From contig NC_134026.1 of NCBI RefSeq assembly GCF_964204645.1, forward strand, positions 1,325,950 to 1,389,949: 64,000 nt of DNA, given 5' to 3'. Every line of letters starts with the position of its first letter. Positions within the stretch are counted from its first letter, which is position 1. The position numbers and the translations under genes were made by a program. Positions 31,380-42,600 of this stretch are shown in pieces. This DNA is from Tubulanus polymorphus. Lineage: Eukaryota; Animalia; Nemertea. The notes below the pieces were generated by a model. That model ran no database searches and had not been told where the DNA came from. It worked only from the letters and a program-made list of their open reading frames with translations.

Positions 31380-31810
31380 AGGAATCATATCAAATTATTT
31401 ATTGTTCATAATAACATTATTCGTCAAAGATTAGTATTGTGTTTGTATTTGTTAACTGTTTTGTTCTCATTGATTATTCTCTGTAGTGTTCTTATCATGT
31501 GTATGTATGTTATCGCCACCCTCTTCAGTCCACTTCACTTAAGTTACATAATTTGTTTTTACTCTGAACTGTTTAGAATTCCTGTGGTTTCCACGGTACC
31601 CCTTGATGTTTTATTGCTTGGTCTGTTTATCTTAAGTTTTGACACACTGCTTCTATTTTAGATCCTGTGAGTTTATATGCTTTGTAACTTGTTTTTCTGG
31701 TCATTCCACCTGATGATGGCTGTTAGTCAACAGCCGAAACGTTGTGGTTTCGTAATAATAAATTTGATAGTATAATTTCAAATTCGAAGTGTGGGATTTC
31801 TTCATTTAAC
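31380..31810 (+). mobile_element. Probable Penelope-like retroelement 3' / pseudo-LTR remnant
   Basis: T-rich non-coding tract leading to a minimal hammerhead motif, then AATAAA (~31757), the usual layout of PLE terminal repeats. No RT or GIY-YIG ORF is visible; boundaries are approximate. Confidence 0.5.
31706..31747 (+). ncRNA. Minimal type I hammerhead ribozyme
   Basis: Stem I CCAC (31706-31709) pairs with GTGG (31744-31747). Core CTGATGA at 31710-31716. Stem II GGCTGTT-agtc-AACAGCC (7 bp). GAAA at 31736-31739. Palindromic AACGTT stem III region, with a GUU cleavage triplet. Confidence 0.8.
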
Positions 31811-31946
31811 TACAGTTTACACGGTTTATTCGACAACTAACTATGTATGTACGTATATATTATCCATGATTAGTTACTTTTAGTCTTGATTAAAAAGCTA
31901 TTTGTTCTCCTCTGTATATATACCCTTTGTTTTTAGTGATAATCTC

Positions 31947-31988
31947 ACACCTGACAATAATCTCTCGGGTGAGATCGAAACGTCGTGT
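31947..31988 (+). ncRNA. Second, degenerate minimal hammerhead ribozyme
   Basis: Stem I ACAC/GTGT; core CTGACAA (one change from CTGACGA); stem II ATCTC-tcgggt-GAGAT with a broken closing pair; GAAA-CGTC with a GUC triplet. Confidence 0.65.
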
Positions 31989-32893
31989 ATTTTACATTTT
32001 AGATTTTATAATTCTTTTAATTTGTACATAGTGGGTTTTTATCTCATTCGTTCACCACGTTTGAGTGTGGCTATCGTACTATAAGGGTGTTTTATTTTGT
32101 GATTGTGTGTTGTTTCTCTAATGATACCTATAATGAGCTTGAGTGTACAGAAAATGATAGTTTTTCAGATATCGTGGTCGCTCATGTATAGTGTCACGAA
32201 TAACCAATGAATTCATCTGTTCCAATGTATTCAAGTTTTTCGTCTACCACATTTTCAAATCGAAAGGTAAAAAGTGGAAAAAAAACGGGCAGACGATTAT
32301 TTCCGAATTCGACTTTTTCTAATTGAATATATTCACACTGACGTATAATGACGAATCACGTGGTATTTTTCAGATCTGATAACGCTGAAGACCGAGATGT
32401 CTGTTTAATGTCATCTTGGCGTGTATCATTGTCTCTGTCGACTAGTTTGTGCGCGCTATTAATTTGGATAGGACCAAAAACCTTTGTAATTGAAAGTAAT
32501 CGAAAGCAAATCTAAATCTTTGACAAAAATCTTTTCAATCTTCGACATGAATCATTCTAGATATCAAAAGAAATAAAAATGAAATGTCAAGGGAATGATT
32601 AATTCAAATCTTTGTGTACTTCGATCGAAATCCTGATAAATTTTAACTTAGATGGTGCCCTTACCAAGCTTTTTAAGTAATAGAATCGCATAATAGAATC
32701 ATTTTTATATCTTTGATAAACGATATTAAATGTCTAAAAGGTTCTATTCTATTCTATGTCTAAAAAGCTATTCGTAGACTTCTGATTGGTTGACAAATTC
32801 CAAACTGTCGTATGAATTCGAGGAATTTTGCTAGATTTGTATAAAGCGACTAAGATATTCTAAGGGGTAGTTTACACAGCGTTTCTCTCCAAA

Positions 32894-35800
32894 ATGAGTA
32901 TGAAAAGTAAATGGATGGAAATGGATGTCGATGAAAATATCAGCCAAAAAACGGACAACGAGAAAGTTAACGGTTCGATCGTGGACACTAGAGTCCCGGG
33001 TTCGATTGAAGACGTGACTGAGACTGTTAGAGATGAAGACAATACAGTTCTCAATGTTATGAATACAGATGGGTTTCGTCGATGCGGTAAAGAGATGGTT
33101 GATTATATCGCCGATTATATCGACACAGTTGGTTCTAGAAATGTAAATCCATCAGTAGAACCTGGCTACATGAAAAGGCTCGTCCCATCGACTGCGCCAG
33201 AAACTGGAGAAAAATGGGAAGACGTGATATCTGACATTGAACGCGTAATAATGCCTGGGGTATGTATCATTGACGGTGAATCATTGCGAAATAATCATTT
33301 AGAATTTGATTAAAGGGACTTCTGAAATAATAGCCTGTCATCATACTTACGTATCTATCTTAGTAGATTCAACAACAATTTTCCATCGACAGTTTTATTA
33401 TGAAGACCATCAAATTCGGAATTGGACACATATCTTTCTTTTTCAGATGTTACATTGGCACAGTCCTCATTTTCACGGTTACGTTACTGCTGGTAGTTCT
33501 TTTCCATCAATCTGCGCTGATATGCTTTCCGACGCATTCGGTTGCATCGGATTCTCCTGGGTTCGTTGATTTATACAGGAGAGAAGAAATACAATTAGGA
33601 TTTCAAATTATATTAGCAGCAGTTATCATGCATAAAAATTTGTTATCAAGCTCATTTTGGTGAATAAAGCGACATATCTTTCTGTTAAAGGCTGCTAGTC
33701 CGGCGTGCACAGAATTAGAGGTGATCGTCACGGATTGGTTAGCAAAAATGTTGCACTTGCCAGATGTGTTCATGTCGACAGGAAAAGGCGGAGGAGTGAT
33801 TCAGGTTTGTTGACAAAGTTAAGTTACCTTGATGTTGAACTTGAAGCTGCGATCTAAGCTCCGAGTTTTTTCATCATTTCCAGATTTTCGTAATGTCGTA
33901 ATGTTTTCTTTCAGGGAGCCACGAGTAGCTCAACGTTCCTGGCGCTTCTAGCAGCAAGAAACAAAACGATGAATAAACTTCGCGGTGAAATGGCCGATAC
34001 ATCTGACGACGCAATTATGTCAAAACTTGTTGCTTATTGTTCAAGACAGGTATTGAAGAAATAGTTCTTTTTGTTGAAAACTCCTAAAATTTATCTATTT
34101 GAATGAAAACTCGAATTTAATTTAAAGCATGTGAGACGATAAGATGCTGATGACGTGAATAAATGTTGCGCCCTGATGTATTTACTCGCAGGCTCACATG
34201 TCGGTCGAACGCGCGTGTCGTTTGGCCGCTGTCCAACTGGTAAAAGTTTTCACCGATGACAACGAATCGATGAGAGGAGAACGGTTGTCGGATGCGATCC
34301 AAGCCGATCGAGCAAAGGGTTTGATTCCTTTTTACGTACGTATGTGTAGAATGTTATCAAATTCACTTGGAATCGGAAAGCAATATGTCACTGAGGGATT
34401 ATAGACCAACTGGTGATTTCAATAGCGCTGGTTCGAGTCTCGACGCGACGACTTTTCATGAGGATCTTTTTATCATTAGATTGGATTTTGTTTGTTTTCT
34501 TAAAAATCATTTCTGCCGAAGTGAAATCTCCGTTTAAATAAAACAACAGAACAAACATTTTGTGTATCTATTTTCAATTTCTAATCACGACAGGTGTGTG
34601 GCACATTAGGAACGACATCCAGCTGCGCATTCGACAATTTAGCCGAGATTGGACCTGTTTGTAAGTTAGATCAAACGGATTTAAAAGCCGTAACCAAAGC
34701 TCTAATTTCTTTACACGAATTTCAATCTCTCCCTTTCAGGTACGAAATACGACATTTGGCTTCACATCGATGCTGCTTTTGCAGGAAGTGCGTTTATTTG
34801 CCCGGAATATAGACATCATTTAAACGGCGTTGAGGTCTCTACTCATACTTATCTCCTTACAATGATACATTTCTATACTTCTTTTTATTTCCTACTGAAT
34901 TGACGAAAATCAAATGGTGATAATATTTTCGCGATGCCTTACGAAGATGTTTGTGTATTTTTAGCATGCCATGACATTCAGCTTCAACCCTCATAAATGG
35001 CTTTTGACCAACTTTGATTGCGCGACAATGTGGTAAGTTGCTGCATACATTGAATTCCATTTCGTATCTATTGATAAACCATTTTTCTCACTTCATATAC
35101 GTGTAACATTCATTTATATGTTCGGTTACTTTCCAATTTTGTGATATCCAGGATACAAGATAGTGCTTACCTAGTGGACGCGTTCAGAGCACACCACGCT
35201 CCTTATATGGAACATCATTTCGAACAAGAAGGTCCAGATTTCATGGTAAATTATTCGTAACTTATTCTGATTATAACTTTCCAGTTACATATGTTATAGA
35301 CTTTTTTAGAATAGCAATCTTCTTTTTAGAATTGGGATATACCGATGGGGCGCAGATTTCGGGCTTTGAAACTGTGGTTTGTAATGCGCATGTACGGTGT
35401 TAAAGGCTTACAGAAATATATTCGTAGAGTAAGTTCTTTATTTCATTCTGAATACGATGGATACAAATAAATTAGTTTCTTAGTATCTTATTTAGACGGG
35501 AATGAAGACGCGTTTTAGAATATTAGAGGATTATTATATCCTACTAATGTATGTTAATTATCCACTTATTCGTCATTTTTTCAAGCACGTTCGTTTGGGA
35601 AACTATTTCACCGATCTCGTTCGATCTGATGACCGTTTCGAATTGCCGAAACCTATAAACATGTCTGTGGTGTGTTTCAGGCTCAAAGTAAGCACCGAAA
35701 ACTATACTTTTCCACGTAGATAGTCCGTAAGCCCGGAATAATACGTTTCATCATCGAATCTATTTTCCCCGTGGAAAATTCTTCCATTGAAAATCTACAA

Positions 35801-36250
35801 ATTATCCACGAAAAAAGCATCAAAATGTTTTCGTTAATTTCAGGGAAGTAACGCACTAAACCAAGAACTGACGCAACATATACGCCTAGACGGGCGCATT
35901 CACATATCACCATCCGTCATTAAAGGACAGTTTTTACCGAGGTTAGACGAATATGTTGTCAATGTAGTGAGTTCGAGACAAATAAACCAATTGTAGCGGT
36001 TGTTGTTTTAACGATAGGTCTATTTGGTTGTATAACATCATATGTCACGAAATTGACGTTACTAACACGTAAAAAGTTTCCATCCGTCAAATTAATGCCT
36101 GATATAATTTCCTATTTTACAAGGTTTGTTCCTGGTACATGGAAAACGACTGAAGCCGATGTTTTATTTGCATGGAACGTCATTACAGAAATCGCCAATA
36201 AACTGTTGTCACAATCCGCCAACGAAAAAATGGAAAATGGACATCAATGA
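32894..36250 (+). CDS. Aromatic L-amino acid decarboxylase family enzyme (group II PLP-dependent, DDC-like), 13 exons
   Basis: Exons 32894-33259, 33447-33560, 33691-33804, 33915-34049, 34192-34335, 34594-34660, 34740-34834, 34965-35032, 35152-35245, 35330-35428, 35586-35687, 35844-35941, 36124-36250 join in frame. Motifs: [48 protein letters not shown] (PLP lysine), [10 protein letters not shown]. The exact start Met is uncertain. Confidence 0.93.
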
Positions 36251-36876
36251 AACAGTTTATTGGTCGCAGGAGTGCCAACGGCAGTACTTTTAACAAATAA
36301 ATAAATTTTCTCACAAATTCTGTGTTTCATAAGGCAACGGAAATGACGTAATATTTATCTAATATTGAAAAAATCTCAGCACTTGCTCCCAACCAAATTT
36401 TTTTTTCTTAACTGAGATGACGAAATCCAAAAGTAAACGTATTCCGATTAGGTCTTTCTAGATACTTTCATATATTTGTATGTTAAATCATTATATTGTT
36501 ACATACATTCACACATCAAGTGTCGAGTGTTATCAAATTCTCCAAAAGTCATTTATTAAGGATGAAAAATTGAAATTCATCAAACTTATCGTGTTTATAT
36601 CATATAACATAACACTTATCTCGTGAATAATCTGAAACATATATAAATCACATTATGATAAAATTCAATAAATCGCGACGAAGCTCTGTTTTCAGACAAC
36701 AAATATATGTATATATTTGCATGTGTATTGTAAATTGGATTTTTCCGGTTGTCGTCGGACAGGTACATGACAAGTTGACTTTTTAACCAAACTGCTGTTT
36801 TCACATGTCACTATCGGCAATAAAAACCCAAGTCAAGTCCAGTCTCAGCGGCAATATTGTGTCGGGGATTACGAGG

Positions 36877-39098
36877 ATGTTAGTTTATATCGGGTGCCTA
36901 TTTCTGAGCTGCGCTTGTCTCGTCAGTGGACAGGTGCTCAACAGAGGTTTCACCAAAGATGAAAAACAGAAAATACTAGATTTACACAACGAACTGCGAG
37001 GCCGAGTCGCCGCTGGACAAGTCAGTCGTCAGCCAGCTGCATCTAATATGATCGCAATGGTTTGTGCTCTTAAATCTATCTTATCCAAGTCATATATCTG
37101 TCGATTAAAGCAGCTTTTGTGATGAGAAATGCAAAAAACATATGGGCGGTGTACAAAATTCTAAAGTAATTATATCTAATTAAGGAATGGGACGATAGAC
37201 TAGAGCGAAATGCGCAAAGATGGGCTGATTCATGCGCCATTGGACACAATAGCGGCCAACAAAGAAAATTTAAACCTTACGCATCTGTCGGGCAGAATTA
37301 CGCCGGCAATTATGGAATTGAAATGTAAGTCATGTAAGGTTTTTTTGTTTGAAATGTAAGTTTTTTGAAAATTGCACATTGAGACTGATGTCTAATCGTC
37401 TTCGTATCGTACAGGATGAAACTAGATATAATTTGTTATTTGACTGGTTGGATAATTAGTGGTAAGTGATTTATTTGTTAGTTAAATGATGATTTTTCTG
37501 GCGTGTTTGGATTTTTTAAGGACAATTACTGGTTGGTTTGACGAGTACGCTGATTATACTTATAACGGCGGATACTGCGTACCTGGAAAAATGTGTGGTC
37601 ATTATACACAGGTTTGGGCAAAGATAATTTTCCTTCATTCCTTAAGAGCTAGTTTTCTAAGCGATTAATTTTTAGTTGAACTTCGAATATTTCCAATTCA
37701 CAGATGATATGGTGGAACTCAATAAAAGTTGGTTGCGGCTGGAACAAGTGTTCCTCGAGCGGAATGTTTTTCTTGGTTTGTGATTACGCTCCCGGGTAAG
37801 AGTCTACGTGTGGCTGATGGTCATTAGCAACAAAATGAAATATCTAAAAGAATAAAGTATATGTGAAATCGTTAAAAGAAAAATTTGATTTATGAAAAAG
37901 ATAGAAAATTAAGTCATGATAATTTTGAAGTAAATACTAGTAGAACTGATTATTGTAGGGGTAACACGAATTTCGATAATAAAAAAGATCCAGCGTACGC
38001 AACGGGTTCGGCCTGCTCTAATTGTCCGGTTGGTTTTGGAAAGTGTATGTCCAATAAATTGTGCGGTAAGTAGACACAAGAAAATTCAAACCAAAATGAA
38101 ATCACTCATAGATGTATGATATTTCATTCGACATTTTTGCTTTAATGCAACGATCGTTTTTCTGATATTTCAGCCTCCAGTAAGATGTGTAAAAACTCGC
38201 AATCAGATTGCAGTAAGTGAAAAATGATTAAATAGTATGAGCAAATCGCTTCAACTTATTTGTATGACATTGACGATAATTATTTCAGGATGTACAATAA
38301 AATCTTGTCAAAACGGTCAATTCGATTCAAATTCGTGTTCGTGCAAATGCCGAAACGGTTTCACTGGACTGCGATGTGAGAGTAAGCAATGATCCATTCA
38401 GATTAGATATCACGTTTTTCATGAAAATCGCCAGTGAACTGAACAGAATGAATCATCTTTATTTTTCAGAGAAATGTAAGGACGAAATAGACTTTTGTAA
38501 GGGATACGTGGATCAAGGAGGTTGCGCCTGGGATTTTAACTTATGGATGTGGATGGGTAGAGTCTGTAAGAAGTCATGCGATACATGCGGTATATGCTCA
38601 TGGTTTTCATTTTGATATATTGATAGCTTATAATCAGAAAATGGAAATAGATTTCTATAGATTTATAAACACAGGACCCACAATTGCACAATAATTATGA
38701 ACTAAGGCAAAGAGTTGTCTTAAGTTATAAGGCTTAAACCTTAACCTTTAGCTATTTGAATGGCTAAAAAAACTAAAATGATCTTAGACTGGTATTTGAT
38801 CTAACTATAATTCATTTTACGATATTTTCAAGGAGCTCCAAAAGACGCCGGTGCCGTCGATTCAGCAAGGCTTAAAACGAATGTGAAGAAGGTTCCGCGA
38901 ACTGGAAGTAAAAGTGCCGGTGTTACAGACGGAGATGTTTCTGGAGGCAGCAGCGGAGGAGGAGGAGGTGGATCAGGAGGATCGTGTAGAAATAAACATA
39001 ACTCTAGTGAATGTAATTACTGGGCAGGAATTGGTGAATGCAAAAAAAACCCATCTTGGATGTCGGTTAACTGTGCTAAATCATGCAGATCGTGTTAA
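36877..39098 (+). CDS. Secreted CAP/SCP (CRISP-like) protein with an EGF-like and two ShKT domains
   Basis: Signal peptide [21 protein letters not shown] motifs [44 protein letters not shown]-like exon ~38289-38381 (CQNG...[15 protein letters not shown]). ShKT-like exon 38470-38589 (CKD...CKKSCDTC). Last exon 38833-39098 has a Gly/Ser linker and [37 protein letters not shown]. Confidence 0.9.
38672..38810 (+). mobile_element. Degenerate copy of the CDC14-intron MITE family
   Basis: TTGCACA...GTCTTAAG...TGGCTAAAAAAACTAAAATGATCTTAGACTGGTATT resembles TGGCTATAGAACTAAGTTGGTCGTAGACTGGTCTT at ~7214-7248. Confidence 0.5.
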
Positions 39099-39628
39099 TT
39101 CTCACTTAAAGTCTCCTTGTATAAATTGACTTGAGTTCTGGACATTTCTGTTATTGATGAATATATATGTAGCATGTTATTGTCATTCTATTTGATAGTG
39201 TCTTGAAGTTCTATATTCGTAAACTGTCATATTTTCTCTACAATGTCCGAGTGAATCCACTTAACATAAGCTTGAATATCCATTTGTCCTCTCCTCATGA
39301 GGTCCGAGATTAAACGATCCTCTTGTGTTCCTCGATGCAGATTTCAAAATATGAATCGATAAAGCCGAAAGCAAATGGACAACTCGAAGGCATCGTGTGA
39401 TTTATCTTGAATTGTTTATTTGATTGTCATATTTCTAGGTTACACACATAATATACGCAATTCTACTTCTCCTTCTTACAATGCAATAAATAAGTTAAAT
39501 CCCGTATAAAAGCGATTACACAAATAAATTAAATTTCCATTAAATCAGTGGTTTGAATTTGCGAAAAGTTTTTCGAAAGTCTTGGTCCGGTTTTGGCAGA
39601 CGTGCGTCGGTTGGTCGTGGGTCTTGGT

Positions 39629-42600
39629 TTATGCATCCTGGAAAGAAACAAAAACTTATGATACATTTCTTCGAATGTATATGTTGCAACTTAAGAAACT
39701 TATAGCTCAAAACTAATCAGGAATAAACAATGAAATAGATTAATTACCTGGAATTGAATCTCAGGAATAGATCGCGTTCTGCGTGTTTTCTCAGCTGGTA
39801 CAAGAGCCTGTAAGATACAAACATTTAAAATGATTTCTTGAGATGCAGTATTTCGTGGTGAGTGATCATATTTCAGTAAAATGTAACGTTTGAATTCGAG
39901 ATTCGGGATTAGATATTCACCTGAATTGGTACCGATTCGGAGGCGCATGGTGTACATTCAGTGCGGCCGTTCGTACATTTGCAGTTCTGGCATTCGCTTG
40001 GTTGAGCAAAGGCAGCGACACGTCGAGCGAAGACGTCGAGGAAGAATTTCTGGGTGTTAACGCGGCCTTCTGTCATTTTCTTCGAGTTAAAGACGCTTCC
40101 TTGACGGTTGAGTGCAAGGCTTACGCATTTGTCCTTCGGCAGTAAGAGCATGTTGAAAAGGGCTTGGTCGCCTTGGAGTTGATAGACGTCCTTGCTCGTG
40201 TAAGCTGTTCTGCGGTCGGCACCGAAAATAAAGCTGCTTTTTGGTGATCTGCTCTTCAGAGTGAAGTCATATCCAGTGAGAAGATGGAATGTGATATCAT
40301 TCTTGGCCAAGTATTCCGACATGCCTTCAGCACTGGCGTCGTGGCTGTGTGATTCGCATGGCATAGCGATGATTATTTTTGACGCCCCAGCGCGGAATGG
40401 ATATTTGGCAGCTTCACGGATAGCCGCGAAAACGTTGTTGTTTTCGCCGTTGACGAAAGTCAGCGCGCTGACGGCTCGGCGGAATTTAGTGGCATCGTTC
40501 ATGATTTGATTCATCAACGTGTGCCTCTGCGGTTGATCGTGGATGTCTTTTCCTCCGAAACCGACAAGACCGAAACGATTGTTTCTGAGTCCTGGAAGGA
40601 AAAACGAGTGAAATATTGTAACCTACGAGTAATAATGGAGGTAATCAGACGGATAAGTATAGTCGGTGAAACTTACCTTTAGCGCTGAGTGCGCTGTCGA
40701 GCTGTGAAACGAGGTGAGGTAACCTTCTGGAAGCGGCTTTGTTACATTGTTTTTCTTCAATTACGAAAACCACATCAGCCGAGTGGATGGAATCTATCTG
40801 ACTGGCTTCACCATTTTTAAGTCGTTTGTCTCCAGTTGCACACGTTTCTGTAAGATCCGAATACAATAGATATTAAGATATAAATCTATACAGTAGACTG
40901 TAGATAAATTCAACTAATAGAGATTTCAATAGGAAAGTTTTGTAAAGGAAATGTGAACGTACCGCATGTTTTTGGTAAAGCGAGTTCGACACCTTGCGAA
41001 GCACATTCAGACTGATATAACCTAGCGACATCGCACGCCTTCTTCTGAACGTCGTATTCTCCGAAAATGTTGCTGATATCTTTCATGCACATTCTGTGGT
41101 AGTTTCCTGGATTCACCATTGAGTAACACGGACGGAAATGTGAGTTTCTGTCGGCGAATAGTTGGTCGCAGATTGCGCTCTGTTCTGCGGCGGGCTGCGC
41201 ATCTTTGCGCGCTAAGTTCTGGTAGCCAGAACAGGACCCGATCGTCCAGCTTCGGGCAAATGTATCTAAATCGGTGGTGACCTTCTTATTCGATGTCATG
41301 AAATCATTGCTCATTTCGTGGTCATATGTTCCCAGAAGACCAGCAGTTTTGCCTTGGAACCAGCCGCTAATACCGATAGTGCACATCTCATTAGTCAAAT
41401 CACACGTCACACGTACTCCCAAAGCGTTGTCAACAGTAATGACGTCACCAGTTGTAGTGATGGTTGTGTTTATATGGCTGTATGGCAGCTCTGTTTGGTG
41501 ACCATCGACCGTTACCTGTAAAGATAGAAAGATATATAGAAATTAGTACATTCCTATCGAAAAATGTCATCAGATTGAAATTCGTGTTCTTAAGCAGTGG
41601 TTTTTAAAATCCTTACTTTTCCGTTATGGAAAATCTCGATTTCTTTCTTGTTGCTGAGAACAGTGATAGATTTTCGAACTCCACGATCGTAGTTCGCCAA
41701 AATGCTGAAATGGCTTTGTACGAAATCACTGGCTAGCAAGTACGTGCAGGTTCCCGCGAAATCAAAGGACTTGCCATCGAAGGTAGTGTAGTGTTCGTTA
41801 CCCAGAATCGATGCATGTGCTGCAAAAACAATTTAAAACAATGTTCGGTTAAAAACCTCACGCAATTGTGAAAGTGTCGCTGTAGCAAATCATTAGATTG
41901 ATATATTTACCTTTGTAAGGTGGGATCCAGTTGCTGATATCTGAAGAAGGCTTATATTTGTAGTAAGTGTCCCATAATGAATAATCTCCGTCCATCTTTG
42001 GTAGATATTGGCTGTATACTCTCTTGGCTTCTTCCTTCAGGACGTCGGTATTGAAATTCTTCAGTTGGTCCCAGTTGAGTTCCATCCTGAGTGGAAGATA
42101 AACTTCACCTTGGATTTCTCCTTTTTCTGGCGAGTATACCGTGAATCCAGATCGGTCCAATTGAATGTACTGTTTGGTGATTTCGTGAACTTGATCTTTC
42201 AAGAGGTCCTTGCCGTTCTCGAAAGCCTTCTTCGCCCATTTTGTTACTCTGTGGCTAATTTCGAAATGTGTCGCGAGATCTTCCATCTGTAGAGAGAAAA
42301 GAAGAGTTATGCATGATAATGAAGTCATATCAGGGATCTTTGATTCATCAACATCATTGAAGACAATTAAATACCTGCTTGTATGTAGTCACGATCTTCC
42401 TCATAGCTTTCTGGGATAATTCATGGCCGAGTACTTTTTCCATTCTCTCAGAGACCCGTCGTGTTACTTCATTTTTAATCTCGGAATACTTTTCAAGAGA
42501 AGCGCCTACCCAAGAACGGGAGGTTGTTCGTAAGCTCGACACAATACCAGCTAATTTCTGGATGGCCATGTCGATGTAACGATCTTGTTGCTCTTCCGAT

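Noticed and set aside
31329-31661. Hydrophobic 110-aa ORF resembling a membrane protein
   Set aside because: Explained by the T-rich strand of the probable Penelope-like remnant; no family motif.
32385-32425. CTGAAGA followed by a hairpin, resembling a hammerhead
   Set aside because: No GAAA after the stem and no stem I pairing.
34385-34455. GGTTCGAGTC B-box-like motif in a decarboxylase intron (a similar motif lies on the minus strand near 63345-63362)
   Set aside because: No cloverleaf or convincing A box; possibly tRNA-derived SINE debris, not tRNA genes.
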